Shown: positions 43,957 through 54,814 of the stretch, piece by piece
Layout: the number at the start of each line of letters is the position of its first letter
Position numbering within the stretch: position 1 is the first letter of the stretch
Notes under the pieces: model-generated
What the model saw: only the letters and a program-made list of their open reading frames with translations
Told to the model about the DNA's origin: nothing
Databases searched by the model: none
Assembly (NCBI GenBank): GCA_044433245.1
Contig: JAWXTV010000001.1
Location: 1-55,025, forward strand
Length of the DNA stretch: 55,025 nt
DNA from: Psittacicella sp.
GTDB taxonomy: Bacteria > Pseudomonadota > Gammaproteobacteria > Enterobacterales > JAWXTV01
Direction of reading: 5' to 3'
Made by a program: the position numbers and the translations under genes

Positions 43957-44472
43957 TTAAGCTTGCTCTTGTTGTTGAGTTTGTTGCTCTAAATAATTCA
44001 TAAATAACTGTTCAAAATTAACTGGAGTTAAGTTAAGTGGAGGAAATCCACCTTTATTAACTAAGTTAGAAACTGTTTCACGAGCGTATGGGAATAGTAT
44101 ATTTGGACATTGAGCATTTAATGTATGAGCTAAGTCAAAATCTTGATATCCAGTAATAGTGAATATTCCAGCTTGAGTCACTTCACAAATAAAAGCAGTT
44201 GTTTGATCTTTAATTGATGGATCTTCATTTAGAAGAATTGTTTCAATAGATAAAGTAATTGCTATTTCATAATTGTTATCTGGAAGTTCATTTGCTTCAG
44301 TATTTATACTAAACTTTAGTTCAGGATTCCAAGGTTGATCAAAAATTTGAGGTAAATTAGGCGCCTCAAAAGATAGATCTTTTGTATAGATTCTTTGAAT
44401 CTGGATATTTCGATCAGTAACACCTTGAATAGACTGAGCTTCAGTAGCTTGATTATTTTGACTATCTGTCAT
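43957..44472 (-). CDS. secB: protein-export chaperone SecB
   Basis: 171 aa. IQRIYTKDLSFEAPN, CPNILFPYARE and PPLNLTPVNF match SecB. An acidic/Gln-rich C-tail is present. Confidence 0.94.
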   Translation of the reverse strand: MTDSQNNQATEAQSIQGVTDRNIQIQRIYTKDLSFEAPNLPQIFDQPWNPELKFSINTEANELPDNNYEIAITLSIETILLNEDPSIKDQTTAFICEVTQAGIFTITGYQDFDLAHTLNAQCPNILFPYARETVSNLVNKGGFPPLNLTPVNFEQLFMNYLEQQTQQQEQA

Positions 44473-44489
44473 AATTTATACCTATTTTA

Positions 44490-44951
44490 TTATTTTTTAG
44501 AGATTAAGGGTAGGTTAGCGTTAGTCCAGCCAGTTATACCTTCTTTTAGACCACATACTTTGTATCCTTCTTTAATTAATTTAATTGCAGGGTCTTGATA
44601 TCCAGTTCCATCTTTTGTAACTAAAATAAGAGTGAAATTTTTATACTTTTCAATTGATTTTAATACTTTATCATCAATATCACTAAGACTTAAAGGGCTG
44701 CTGCCAGCTATATGTCCATTAAAAAAATCACTATCATTTCTTATGTCAATAAAAATAGCTAATTTATTATTTACAAGATTGATAGCTATAGATCTATCAA
44801 GAGATTTTGCGCGCTTGGAAAGACCTGTGAAGATTATAACAATAGATACTATAGCTAATATAATCCATATTACAAGAAGTAGTATATGTGATGAAAAGTA
44901 TTTAGGGGCGCTACTTAGCATCGCTTGAATAGTTTGAATAATTCCACTCAT
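44490..44951 (-). CDS. yibN: membrane-anchored rhodanese-homology-domain protein (YibN-like)
   Basis: 153 aa with one N-terminal TM helix and a rhodanese domain carrying GHIAGS and LKEGITGW..NLPL. Thr occupies the position where catalytic rhodaneses have Cys. It sits upstream of secB-gpsA, as in E. coli. Confidence 0.75.
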   Translation of the reverse strand: MSGIIQTIQAMLSSAPKYFSSHILLLVIWIILAIVSIVIIFTGLSKRAKSLDRSIAINLVNNKLAIFIDIRNDSDFFNGHIAGSSPLSLSDIDDKVLKSIEKYKNFTLILVTKDGTGYQDPAIKLIKEGYKVCGLKEGITGWTNANLPLISKK

Positions 44952-44988
44952 TTAAGTTTAATTCCTTGAAAAGATAGGCTTTGATAAA

Positions 44989-45675
44989 TTAAATTAGTAT
45001 TTTTTTATCTACTATGTTTAAATTTTCGTCAATATCATAGATAATAGGTTGCCCTGTTGCTAATTCTACTGCCATAATATCATCATCTGATATTTGCTCT
45101 AAATGCTTAATTAAAGCTCTTAATGAATTGCCATGAGCTACGATTAAAACATTTTTACCATTAAGAAGTTGCGGAGCTATAGAATCTTGCCAATAAGGAA
45201 TAACTCTTTCTAAAGTAACTTTTAGATTTTCGCCATCAGGGATAGAATCAGATGGAATATTTGAATATCTTCTGTCTTGGTGTGCAGATAAAGGATCATT
45301 TTTATCTAATAATGGAGGTAGAGTATCATAAGATCTACGCCAAATTTTAACTTTTTCAGCACCGTATTTAACAGCAGTTTCTTCTTTATTTAAACCTTGT
45401 AAAGCTCCATAATGACGTTCGTTTAATCTCCAGCTTCTAGATACTGGAAGAAATAATTGGTCAATTTCTTCTAAAACCAAATTTGATGTTTTAATGGCAC
45501 GTTTAAGAACTGAAGTGTAAACAATATCAAATTCTATATTTTCTTGACTTAATTTTTTACCAGCATTTTTTGCTTCCTCAATACCTTCTGGTGCTAAGTT
45601 AACATCAACCCAACCTGTAAATAAATTTTTTTTATTCCATTCACTCATACCGTGACGAATTAGAGTTAGTTTCAT
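44989..45675 (-). CDS. gpmA: 2,3-bisphosphoglycerate-dependent phosphoglycerate mutase
   Basis: 228 aa with [27 protein letters not shown] and [10 protein letters not shown]. Confidence 0.94.
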   Translation of the reverse strand: MKLTLIRHGMSEWNKKNLFTGWVDVNLAPEGIEEAKNAGKKLSQENIEFDIVYTSVLKRAIKTSNLVLEEIDQLFLPVSRSWRLNERHYGALQGLNKEETAVKYGAEKVKIWRRSYDTLPPLLDKNDPLSAHQDRRYSNIPSDSIPDGENLKVTLERVIPYWQDSIAPQLLNGKNVLIVAHGNSLRALIKHLEQISDDDIMAVELATGQPIIYDIDENLNIVDKKILI

Positions 45676-45772
45676 ATATTTAACCTTAAAACTATTTGTT
45701 TTAATCTAGTTTATTGAAAAATTATGATTTTATTATATAAGAATTAATTTAAATAATCTATTTGGTTAATAG

Positions 45773-48700
45773 TTATATGAAAAAGTTATAAAATATACCA
45801 AATGAACTTTCATTGTCATTTCCATATATACCTTGGAAATATAAGTTAGGTAATAGGTTATATCTAGCTATGGCTTGAGAATATTCATCAAATAGATCCA
45901 GTTCATATCCGACTATTAAATTTCTGCTAAGTTTTGCGCTAAAGCCAATTCCTGTATTTCCATCAATGGTTACAGCCCCAATGCTTACTGTGGCAACTCC
46001 TTTTATAGTGCTAGTCACAAAAGCGCCAGCTTGCTCTAAAGCAAGACTTAAAAGAGCTGTGTTTACACTAGAGTCACCGACCTCAGTATTATTATTTAAT
46101 GATCCACCAGTTAATAAATATGATAAAATTTGATACTTAGGCATAGATGGGTTTGAAAATAAACTAATTTCTAAATGATTTAAAAATCCATAAGCATGTA
46201 TTCCAACTGTTATATCAGGAGATCCGCTAGAGTGAATATCTTTAGTTGCTGTAGCATTTAAAATTGGGTGTTCACTATTTGAAAATATTAGACTTCCAGA
46301 TTTTATATTAAGGATTTGACCATAAGCACTATAAGTTCCTCCGGTTAATTTTATAACCCCTGAGATATTTACTTTTTGAGAGTTTTTTTGAATATTAAGT
46401 TTTCCGGTTAAATTTGTACTAATTCCATACTCATCTAGCTGAACATGTTTTCCTAGGCTAATATTCATATTTATATTTGTTTTATATCTTTTGATAGGAT
46501 GGAAATAAGTTTTTTTATTAGTGATTATTTTTATATAAGGACTTTTTGAAATAAGATTTATCTTATTTGTAGTTTTCTTATAATTAATAGATGCTATTGG
46601 AATATATATATTCCCTGTTATAGAAGTTACCCCTTTGAAGTAGTCTAAATTTATATTTTCATTTATACTAAAATTGCCATATCCCGGGTAGTTTAAGTTT
46701 AAATTTTTAGAGTTAATTTGAATATAGCTTTTAATAAATTTTGTTGAAATATTTGAAGTATTTCCAGTTATATTTATTGTGGAATTTTGATCTGTATTTA
46801 AACTGCATTTAAGATTTAAATTATCTTTAATGAAGTTCATTTTAAATATTCCATTTTTTATTTTGATTGGAATTTTCATAAAGTTAATGGCTATATTATT
46901 AATATTGAGACTACCAAATATAGTTGGCTTTTTTATATTTCCGCTTATAGAGATATTTGAGTTCATAACTCCATATACTTTATCACTATTAGGTAAAAAT
47001 GGATTTGCTATATTTAAATTTAAATTCGAAATATTAAAATTACTTTTAGTTATATTAATATTAGAGCCTTCTTTTTTGAAAGTGGAGTTTAAGTTTACTG
47101 TGCCACCATTTTTGCTTGTAAGATTTCCTTGAATATTTAGAATATTATTATAAAGGGATCCATAAGTGTTAATAGAGTTTATAGTAAAGTTTATAGGTTT
47201 AATAATAGATTTATGGTAAATATGTATTGGGTTGATAGAGTTAATGCTATAAGCAATATTTGGCTTAGTTAGAAGGTTTTTAATGTTTAGAAATCCATTT
47301 ATAGAGCCAGAGATTGTTGTATTTTTATTTTTTAATATAAAATTAAATATAGAGGTTTTTAAAAATGGTACTAATATAGAAATATTGCTACTACCTTTTT
47401 TTATGTATACTTTATTAAAGTTTATATTAGTAAATTGATTTAAAACTTTAAAAGGGCTTATAAATATAGAACGTTTAGATTTCAAAAAGTTTATTTCAAT
47501 ATCAGGATCTTTATTTAATGTAAAATTTCCAACATTAGTATTTAGCAAGAAATTATTTATTTTTCCGTTCCAAAAATTATCTTTAAATAGCCCATCTATT
47601 TGCATAAAAAATTTAGAAGTTTTTGAATTTTCATAAATTGATATAGCAGTTTCTTCATCCTTTGAATTTATATTTAAAGAAATATTATGAATACTTATGT
47701 TGTTGTATAAAATATTGTTAGCCTTTAAATTAAAGCTTATAAACATGGGTTTTAAAGTATTAATATTTCCAATTAAAGACATATTTTTAAGGATAAAATT
47801 TCTAAAGCTAAAACTTCTAATTTTTCCGTTAAAACTAATTGAAGGGTGAAGGTAATCCCCCTTTATATTTACATTTGTAAAAATATTTTGAATCTTAAGG
47901 TTAGCAAGTATTAAAGGTTTATTATTATCTAAATACAGATGAATATAAGCGTTAGATTCTTTGCTAAATTGACCATGAAAATTTAATAAAAGATTTTGAA
48001 ATTTTGCTTTTAAATTATTAATTAAAACATTATGATTTATTAAATTTTCAATTAAAGATCCATTAATATATAAAATTTTTTTATTATAATTTATGGATGA
48101 GTTAATATTGCTTATAGTTATATATTTATTTATTTTTCCATAAATATAAGAGATATTAGAGCTAGCATTAATAGTAATTGGAATCTTAAATTTAGATAAA
48201 TTTATATTTGTTATCTCTTCATGAATAAAAGCATTAATTCCATTCTCTAAGCTAATTCCTCCTTTTAAAAGGATTTTTCCATTTAAGGCGTTTATTTTTA
48301 AATTAGATAGAGTTAGGTGCTGAAAGTTTCCAAAACTTCTAAGGTTTATTAAGGTATTTACTCCATTTATAATAGCTTTACCTTGGGCGCTAATATTATA
48401 TCTTGAGCTATTCCCATTAATTTTTATATAAAAATCTTTTGATAGAAAAAGTAGGGTTGAGTTTTTAGGATCTATATTTTTTATTTTTTTTATATAGGTG
48501 TTAAATACAATGGGAAAATTTTGTGAGTTAGGATAAATTTTTATATTACTATTAAATATTGCAAATCCAGAACCTGTAATTTGAGACTCTATATTAGTTT
48601 TGAAGTTTCCACATCCTGAAATTTTAAAGTTTTCATGAAGTTTATTAAATATTATAGAAATATCTAAATTTCCATAAGTTTTAAATGAGTTTAAATTTAA

Positions 48701-49594
48701 ATATCCACTATATGTAGCATTTATTACTTTATTATTTATAGAAAGATTTGAAATATTAATAAGTTTAGATGTCCACAAAGCATTTTTTAGATTAATTTTA
48801 CTTAAATGCAAATATTTTTTAGAGTAGTGTATGGTAAGACCTGTATTTGTAAAGTCTTGAACTTGTAAGTTTATATAAGCTTTAAATTGTTGAATATAAT
48901 GAAGTATATTATTTTGAGATGTTTGTTTTATTAAATATTTACTAATATTTTTGGTTTCTACAGATGTTTTTCTAAGAATATTTCTAGTTTTAATATCTTT
49001 ATTTAAAGAGGTTTTGGAATTTAGAATATTAACTTGAGAGTTGCCTAATGTAATATTTTTTGCAGAGATATCTATATGATTACTTAAGGTTGTATTCTTT
49101 ATTTTTATATTGTTTAGATATATGTCTACATCTTTAGTGTTTATATTTACTAAATTTGTAGAAAGATTTGTAATAGAAATTCTAAAAGGAATAGTGTATA
49201 TCTTTCTAATAGGGCTTTGAAATTTATATAGGTTAATATCTGTTTTTTTTGTTTCTTGATCTATTTTAGAGTTATTAGGTTTGTTTATATTTATCAATAC
49301 TTTAGATGATTGAAATTGATTTATATGGATATCATCAAATATTAAATAAAATAGATTTAATTTAACTTTATTATTGGTTAGAGTAATGGAGAGATCTTTA
49401 GTTTTTATATTTAAATACCCTATATCTAATTGAGTAAAAATATTTCCAGTAATATTTTTAATTTGGATATTTTTATTAAAGTTTAAGGAGTATTTTATAA
49501 TTTTATGTTGAATACTGCTTATAGATAAAAGGATACTTATAGTGATTATTAAAGATATAAAAACTAATAATATTTTTTTTATTATACTTTTCAT
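45773..49594 (-). CDS. tamB: translocation and assembly module inner-membrane subunit TamB
   Basis: 1273 aa with an N-terminal signal-anchor helix, a very long Asn/Ile/Lys-rich beta-type region and a C-terminal DUF490-like end (...GIFYNFFI). The start overlaps the tamA stop (TAATG). Confidence 0.8.
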   Translation of the reverse strand: MKSIIKKILLVFISLIITISILLSISSIQHKIIKYSLNFNKNIQIKNITGNIFTQLDIGYLNIKTKDLSITLTNNKVKLNLFYLIFDDIHINQFQSSKVLININKPNNSKIDQETKKTDINLYKFQSPIRKIYTIPFRISITNLSTNLVNINTKDVDIYLNNIKIKNTTLSNHIDISAKNITLGNSQVNILNSKTSLNKDIKTRNILRKTSVETKNISKYLIKQTSQNNILHYIQQFKAYINLQVQDFTNTGLTIHYSKKYLHLSKINLKNALWTSKLINISNLSINNKVINATYSGYLNLNSFKTYGNLDISIIFNKLHENFKISGCGNFKTNIESQITGSGFAIFNSNIKIYPNSQNFPIVFNTYIKKIKNIDPKNSTLLFLSKDFYIKINGNSSRYNISAQGKAIINGVNTLINLRSFGNFQHLTLSNLKINALNGKILLKGGISLENGINAFIHEEITNINLSKFKIPITINASSNISYIYGKINKYITISNINSSINYNKKILYINGSLIENLINHNVLINNLKAKFQNLLLNFHGQFSKESNAYIHLYLDNNKPLILANLKIQNIFTNVNIKGDYLHPSISFNGKIRSFSFRNFILKNMSLIGNINTLKPMFISFNLKANNILYNNISIHNISLNINSKDEETAISIYENSKTSKFFMQIDGLFKDNFWNGKINNFLLNTNVGNFTLNKDPDIEINFLKSKRSIFISPFKVLNQFTNINFNKVYIKKGSSNISILVPFLKTSIFNFILKNKNTTISGSINGFLNIKNLLTKPNIAYSINSINPIHIYHKSIIKPINFTINSINTYGSLYNNILNIQGNLTSKNGGTVNLNSTFKKEGSNINITKSNFNISNLNLNIANPFLPNSDKVYGVMNSNISISGNIKKPTIFGSLNINNIAINFMKIPIKIKNGIFKMNFIKDNLNLKCSLNTDQNSTINITGNTSNISTKFIKSYIQINSKNLNLNYPGYGNFSINENINLDYFKGVTSITGNIYIPIASINYKKTTNKINLISKSPYIKIITNKKTYFHPIKRYKTNINMNISLGKHVQLDEYGISTNLTGKLNIQKNSQKVNISGVIKLTGGTYSAYGQILNIKSGSLIFSNSEHPILNATATKDIHSSGSPDITVGIHAYGFLNHLEISLFSNPSMPKYQILSYLLTGGSLNNNTEVGDSSVNTALLSLALEQAGAFVTSTIKGVATVSIGAVTIDGNTGIGFSAKLSRNLIVGYELDLFDEYSQAIARYNLLPNLYFQGIYGNDNESSFGIFYNFFI

Positions 49595-51381
49595 TAAATA
49601 TTAATTCCAATTCCAATATAAGCTTCATATATAGAGTTATCTTTTCTATAGTTTAAAGGTGTTGCTATATCAAGCCTAATAAATCCAATAGGGCTATTGT
49701 AATTTATTCCAATACCAGCACCATAATGTATATTACTAGGAGCAAATGAATCTGCCGCAATTCCTGAGTCTATGTAAGCAGACCCCCATAAATTACGGTA
49801 AATTCTATGAAAATACTCAAAAGAAGCTGTAGCCATGTGAGTTCCGCCAATGTATTCATCACTTGAATTTGTAGGTGATATACTATCATAAGCAAATCCT
49901 CTTACACTATTCATACCTCCTGCAAATAATCTTAAGTTAATAGGTACCTTATTAAAATTATCTGCCTTTAAAATACCAAGTGAACTTCTTGCTATAAATA
50001 ATTGATTTTTAGTAATATTATGAGTGTAAGATCCAAACCATTCAGCCTCCGTAAATCCAGTTGAGTTGGCAAGTTTATTATTTGCTGCATTTAAAACTAT
50101 TTTAGATAAGAATCCATTATGTAGAAATAGTATATTTTTATAACTGGAGTACTGAGCTTTAATCTGGATATAATATACAAATGTATTACTAAGTCCTGTT
50201 TCTGAGCTATTATTATCTGAATAATTTTCTTTTTCATAGTTTAATCCCCCAGATAAGATCCAGTTATTTTTAAATTTCCAGTATCTTGCAAAGCTTAAAA
50301 AATAATTATTATTTGGAAGCCAAGCTACATTATTTGTTTTTTGGAGTTGAGTTCTTGTGTTTTGGTTTCCAATCTTAGTAGTTAATTTATAGTAATTATT
50401 TAAAGGATTACTTTTTAATGGAATTCTATAAGTAAAGTTTAAATTATTATTATATCTAGAAAGGTAAAAACCTATTCTAGCGCTTTGCCCATAAGAGTTT
50501 ATTTTTGCTTTTGAAAAACTTACTTCAGTATAAGCCCCAACATCTGTATCATAACCAAGCCCTAAGCTAGTCTCTATTTCATTTTGAGGTTTAAAATAAA
50601 TATTAAGATCTACCTCTTTTTTCTTTTTGTTTATTTTAGGGGATATGATTGTGTATTTGAACCATCCCGCATTATCAAGATTTGCATTAATCTTTCTAAG
50701 ATAATTTAAGTTATAGTATTGGTTTTTTTTAAGCCCAATAATTGGATAAATATAAGCTTTTTGAATTTGAGGGTTATTAAAAATTAATTGCCCAAATTTA
50801 TATCTTGAACCGCTATTAATTGTGATAATTAAGTTTGCTGTATTTGCTTTTAAATTGAGCTCAATAGAAGATTTAGTTACTTTCCCAGATAGATATCCAT
50901 TACTGCTTATATATAAGTTAATTTTAGATATTAAGCTATCGAATTTTTGTTGATTTAGTATGCTATTTATTTTTGGTAGTTGATTTTTAATTTCTTTAAA
51001 AAAGGGAGTTTTTTTAAAAGAGTTATTAGCTTTAAGTGTAATTATTTTAACTAATATAGGTTTTCCAATATTAATATTTACTTTAAAGTGAATATTAGGT
51101 TTTTCAAAAGCTTTTATCTCTATAGTTGGATGAAAATAACTATAAGCTTCTATAGCATTTAAAATATGATTTTTTAATACATATATATAAGCGCTTGTAT
51201 AACTTGGTTTTACCTCTTCGTTTAGAGCAAGAATATACTTATTAATATTTTTAATAATAGCTGGATTATTGTTAATTCCTGATATATTTACACTATTTTG
51301 TAAATTGGAAGCATATACAAAAGAAGGGATTAAAAATATAATTAAGATTTGGATTTTTAAAAAAAATTTATATTTTTTCAT
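49594..51381 (-). CDS. tamA: translocation and assembly module outer-membrane subunit TamA (Omp85 family)
   Basis: 595 aa with a signal peptide, a POTRA-like N-terminal region and a C-terminal beta-barrel with an Omp85-type end (RGF.Y, ...YIGIGINI). It is paired with tamB. Confidence 0.82.
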   Translation of the reverse strand: MKKYKFFLKIQILIIFLIPSFVYASNLQNSVNISGINNNPAIIKNINKYILALNEEVKPSYTSAYIYVLKNHILNAIEAYSYFHPTIEIKAFEKPNIHFKVNINIGKPILVKIITLKANNSFKKTPFFKEIKNQLPKINSILNQQKFDSLISKINLYISSNGYLSGKVTKSSIELNLKANTANLIITINSGSRYKFGQLIFNNPQIQKAYIYPIIGLKKNQYYNLNYLRKINANLDNAGWFKYTIISPKINKKKKEVDLNIYFKPQNEIETSLGLGYDTDVGAYTEVSFSKAKINSYGQSARIGFYLSRYNNNLNFTYRIPLKSNPLNNYYKLTTKIGNQNTRTQLQKTNNVAWLPNNNYFLSFARYWKFKNNWILSGGLNYEKENYSDNNSSETGLSNTFVYYIQIKAQYSSYKNILFLHNGFLSKIVLNAANNKLANSTGFTEAEWFGSYTHNITKNQLFIARSSLGILKADNFNKVPINLRLFAGGMNSVRGFAYDSISPTNSSDEYIGGTHMATASFEYFHRIYRNLWGSAYIDSGIAADSFAPSNIHYGAGIGINYNSPIGFIRLDIATPLNYRKDNSIYEAYIGIGINI

Positions 51382-51538
51382 ACCTTATAAAATGTATTTC
51401 TAAATGTGTTTGTGATACTATAAAAATATCTATTTAAGTGAGATTATTTTAACATTATAGATAAATTTCTTAAATATTTTATTAATAGCTTTTGTAAAAA
51501 ATAATAATAAAAGTAATTAAATTAAAAAGGACTAATAT

Positions 51539-52489
51539 ATGAATCAATTAGATCAATTAAGTAAAGTCACTACAGTTGTAGCTGATACAGGTGAAATTGA
51601 AGCAATTAAAAAATATATGCCTGAAGATGCAACTACTAACCCATCTTTAGTTCTTAAAGCTACTAAAGTTCCTGAGTATAAATCTTTAATTCAGGAAGCT
51701 ATTGATTATGCTAAAACTAAAGTATCTTCAAAAGAAGAGCAAGTAGTGGAAGCTTTAGATAAAGTTTCTGTAAATATCGGTCTTGAAATTTTAAAAACAG
51801 TTCCAGGTAGAGTTTCAACAGAAGTTGACGCTAGACTATCTTATGATACAGAAGCAACTATAGCTAAAGCTCGTAAATTAATTAGTTTATATAATGAAGC
51901 TGGAATCAAAAATGATAGAATTTTAATTAAAATTGCTTCAACTTGGCAAGGAATTAGGGCGGCAGAAGTTTTAGAAAAAGAAGGTATTAATTGTAACCTT
52001 ACTCTTTTATTCTCTCAAGCTCAAGCTATAGCATGTGCTGAAGCTGGTGTATTTTTAATCTCTCCATTTGTTGGGCGTATTTTAGATTGGTATAAGAAAA
52101 ATACTGGTACAGAAAGCTATGCTCCAGAATTAGATCCAGGTGTTGTATCAGTTAAAGGTATTTATAACTATTATAAAGAGCATGGTTATAAAACTGTAGT
52201 TATGGGTGCAAGTTTTAGAAATGTTGATGAAATAAAAGAATTAGCTGGATGTGATAGATTAACTATAGCTCCATCTTTATTACAAGAACTTAAAGATTCT
52301 AATGAAGAATTAGTTACCAAGTTATCTCCAGTTGAAGCTTCTAAAACAGTTTCTGCTAAAATGACAGAAGCTAAATTCCTTTGGGAACATAATCAAGATC
52401 CTATGGCTGTTGAAAAATTAGCTGAAGGTATCCGTAAATTTGCTGAAGATATTGTAACTTTAGAAAATACTTTAAAAGATATGCTTTAA
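51539..52489 (+). CDS. talB: transaldolase B
   Basis: 316 aa with [17 protein letters not shown], the active-site Lys context [11 protein letters not shown] and [11 protein letters not shown]. Confidence 0.96.
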   Translation: MNQLDQLSKVTTVVADTGEIEAIKKYMPEDATTNPSLVLKATKVPEYKSLIQEAIDYAKTKVSSKEEQVVEALDKVSVNIGLEILKTVPGRVSTEVDARLSYDTEATIAKARKLISLYNEAGIKNDRILIKIASTWQGIRAAEVLEKEGINCNLTLLFSQAQAIACAEAGVFLISPFVGRILDWYKKNTGTESYAPELDPGVVSVKGIYNYYKEHGYKTVVMGASFRNVDEIKELAGCDRLTIAPSLLQELKDSNEELVTKLSPVEASKTVSAKMTEAKFLWEHNQDPMAVEKLAEGIRKFAEDIVTLENTLKDML

Positions 52490-52528
52490 TAATTAATATT
52501 ATTAATACATAAATTTTTTTAAAAAAAT

Positions 52529-52564
52529 ATAACCACTTATTGCTTAGTTAGAATAAGTGGTTAT
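52529..52564. terminator. bidirectional intrinsic terminator between talB and rpmG
   Basis: A perfect 13-bp stem ATAACCACTTATT / AATAAGTGGTTAT with a 10-nt loop. An A7 tract on the left gives a U-run for the - strand (rpmG). TTATTT follows on the + strand. Confidence 0.75.
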
Positions 52565-52587
52565 TTATAACTTTCAAAGAGTTAAAA

Positions 52588-52758
52588 TTATTTAATTTTA
52601 GCTTCTTTGTAGATAACATGCTTACGAACAACAGGATCATATTTTTTGATCTCCATTTTTTCAGGCATATTACGTTTATTTTTTGTAGTTGTGTAAAAGT
52701 GTCCTGTTTCAGCTGATGATACAAGTTTGATCTTTTCACGAGCACTTTTTGCTGCCAT
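52588..52758 (-). CDS. rpmG: 50S ribosomal protein L33
   Basis: Absent from the supplied ORF track (56 codons). My translation is [56 protein letters not shown], near-identical to E. coli L33. It lies 11 nt downstream of rpmB. Confidence 0.95.
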   Translation of the reverse strand: MAAKSAREKIKLVSSAETGHFYTTTKNKRNMPEKMEIKKYDPVVRKHVIYKEAKIK

Positions 52759-52769
52759 CTTAAAATTCC

Positions 52770-53006
52770 TTAAATTGATTTACCTGCTAGACGCATTTCT
52801 TTAATTACAGCATCTATACCTTTTTTATCTATAGTACGCATACCTTTTGCTGAAACGCGTAAAGTTACAAATTTATTTTCACTTTCAACCCAAAAACGAT
52901 GAGTGTGTAAGTTTGGTAGAAATCTTCTCTTAGTTGCATTAAGAGCGTGAGATCTATTATTACCAGATAATGGCTTTTTGCCTGTTACTTGGCAAACTCT
53001 TGACAT
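52770..53006 (-). CDS. rpmB: 50S ribosomal protein L28
   Basis: 78 aa. [27 protein letters not shown] matches L28. A GGAG Shine-Dalgarno lies upstream. Confidence 0.96.
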   Translation of the reverse strand: MSRVCQVTGKKPLSGNNRSHALNATKRRFLPNLHTHRFWVESENKFVTLRVSAKGMRTIDKKGIDAVIKEMRLAGKSI

Positions 53007-53031
53007 GATTTATCTCCAATATAAAGATTAA

Positions 53032-53107
53032 AAAGTAGTATTATTACAATTAATACTACTTTAAATTATAATAAATTTTAATTATATTGCAATTTTTATT
53101 GCAATAT
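53032..53107 (-). terminator. two tandem hairpins between the ndh stop and the rpmB start (ndh terminator and/or rpmB leader)
   Basis: Hairpin A (53084-53107) is ATATTGCAAT-TTTT-ATTGCAATAT. Hairpin B (53032-53062) is AAAGTAGTATTA / TAATACTACTTT with a 7-nt loop, followed on the - strand by a T5 run and then the rpmB Shine-Dalgarno. Confidence 0.55.
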
Positions 53108-53115
53108 AGTATTAC

Positions 53116-54399
53116 TTATTTGGGTAATTTAACAGATGAATGTTTATATCTGCTAAATTTCTTAGCTATCATAATACAGATAGTTGTACATAATCCAAAG
53201 ATTTCTCTTTGATGCATTTTATAGATAGATAGGTATAGAGGTCTTGCTTTTTTACCTTTAACAATACCAATATATTTAGCATCACCTGCTGATGAAAATT
53301 TACTCATTGAGATCATAGTTCCGTGATCATGATATACATAGTCTTGAAGTTTTTGACCTTTTAGTAATTTTTCAATATTTGAAGTACAAAGTTTAGCCAT
53401 TTGAGAAGCTGCTTGAGCTCTTGCTGGAACTAATTTTCCTTCTTCATTCATAGGGCAAGCACAGCAGTCACCAATTGCAAATATAAAATCATCTTCAGTT
53501 GTTTGAAGAGTTTTTCTAACTACTAATTGATTTAATCTATTTGTTTCTAAACCATCTAAATGTTTTAAGAATTCAGCACCTTTGATACCAGCTGCCCAAA
53601 TGGTAAGATCAGAAGGTATAAATTCATCACTTTTAGTTTTGATTCCAGTTTCTGTAATTTCTGTAATGAATGTTTGAGGTTTTATAGTAACATTTAAGTC
53701 AGTAAGTTGTTTTGCTACTATTTCTGCTAGTTTTTCGCGGACTGGACCAAGAATTCTAGGACCTGCATCTAGAAGATTAATTCTTAAAGAATCTTTTGTA
53801 ATATTTGGCATACCACTTTCGCATAAATCATCAGCAGCAGCCTTTAGTTCAGCAGCAAGCTCAACACCAGTTGGACCAGCGCCAACAATAGCTATATCAA
53901 TACCTTTGTTATTTTTATTTAAAGATAATTTTAAGAATTCATTAGCAATTCTTTGTTTTACTTTTAAGGCGGTCTCAACGTTTTCTAATTTATATGCATA
54001 TTCATTAACTCCAGGGGTATTGAAGTCATTATTAACAACACCTACAGCAATAACTAATACATCGTAAGAGATGGTTCTTGTATCCACTAATAATTCATTT
54101 GTATCTTTAGAGTAAATTGGAGCTAATATAATTTCTTTTTTGCTTCTATTCACAGAGGTAAAAGTACCTTGCACAAATGTAAAGTGCTGATGTTTTCCAA
54201 GCAAAGGAATATTCATAGTGTCAAAATGAGTATCTAAAGTTCCAGCTGCCACTTCATGTAGATGCGGTTTCCAGATGTGAGTTGATCTCTCATTTATAAG
54301 TATAATTTCATTAGATTTATCTTTACCAAATTTTTTTCCAAGAAAAGTAGCTAGTTCTATACCACCAGCGCCTGCTCCTGCTATTACGATTCTTGTCAT
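53116..54399 (-). CDS. ndh: type II (non-proton-pumping) NADH dehydrogenase
   Basis: 427 aa with two dinucleotide folds (IVIAGAGAGGIELA and IAIVGAGPTGVELA). HIWKPHLHEVA, WAAGIK, LETNR.NQLVV, IGDCC.CP and ARAQAA are colinear with E. coli Ndh. Confidence 0.95.
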   Translation of the reverse strand: MTRIVIAGAGAGGIELATFLGKKFGKDKSNEIILINERSTHIWKPHLHEVAAGTLDTHFDTMNIPLLGKHQHFTFVQGTFTSVNRSKKEIILAPIYSKDTNELLVDTRTISYDVLVIAVGVVNNDFNTPGVNEYAYKLENVETALKVKQRIANEFLKLSLNKNNKGIDIAIVGAGPTGVELAAELKAAADDLCESGMPNITKDSLRINLLDAGPRILGPVREKLAEIVAKQLTDLNVTIKPQTFITEITETGIKTKSDEFIPSDLTIWAAGIKGAEFLKHLDGLETNRLNQLVVRKTLQTTEDDFIFAIGDCCACPMNEEGKLVPARAQAASQMAKLCTSNIEKLLKGQKLQDYVYHDHGTMISMSKFSSAGDAKYIGIVKGKKARPLYLSIYKMHQREIFGLCTTICIMIAKKFSRYKHSSVKLPK

Positions 54400-54814
54400 A
54401 ATAATTGCTCCAAATAATTACAATTTTAAATAGTATAAGTATATTTTATTTATTTTATACTCTATAGTTATTTTATTCTATATTTTTTTGTAAAATATGC
54501 TTATTTAAAGGATTTTAATATATTTTTGTAATAGTTTAGAAAGGTAAATTAAATATAGCTAGCAAGAGTTTAAGTTAATAATTTTTACTAGTTATAAGGT
54601 TTTAAAATATAAGTTATTTAGTAAGCTTCCATAGCTTGTTTAAATCTTCTAATTTTTTACCTTTAGTTTTAGATAAATAGTTTTAGGTAAAAGAAATATG
54701 TAAATATTATAATTAAAATTAAAAATCTTATGAATATAAAATAAGGTAAAGATCTATTCTATAAATGATTATTATTTACTGAGTTATTAACTACCATAAG
54801 GTATATTTGGCAGT

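Noticed and set aside
44490-44951. Loss of the catalytic cysteine in the rhodanese domain (Thr in LILVTKDGTG), considered as a sign of a degenerate gene.
   Set aside because: As far as I recall, E. coli YibN also lacks Cys at this position, so this is probably the normal state of the YibN family. The ORF is intact and syntenic. The absence of grxC between yibN and secB is a minor gene-order difference only.
45773-49594. Apparent internal repetitiveness of tamB (recurring NI/NL/KN-rich stretches), considered as a tandem-repeat or adhesin-like gene.
   Set aside because: I could not find a fixed repeat period at DNA or protein level. The pattern looks like compositional bias (Asn/Ile/Lys) from AT pressure on a long beta-rich protein. 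The tamA pairing, signal anchor and C-terminal end fit TamB.
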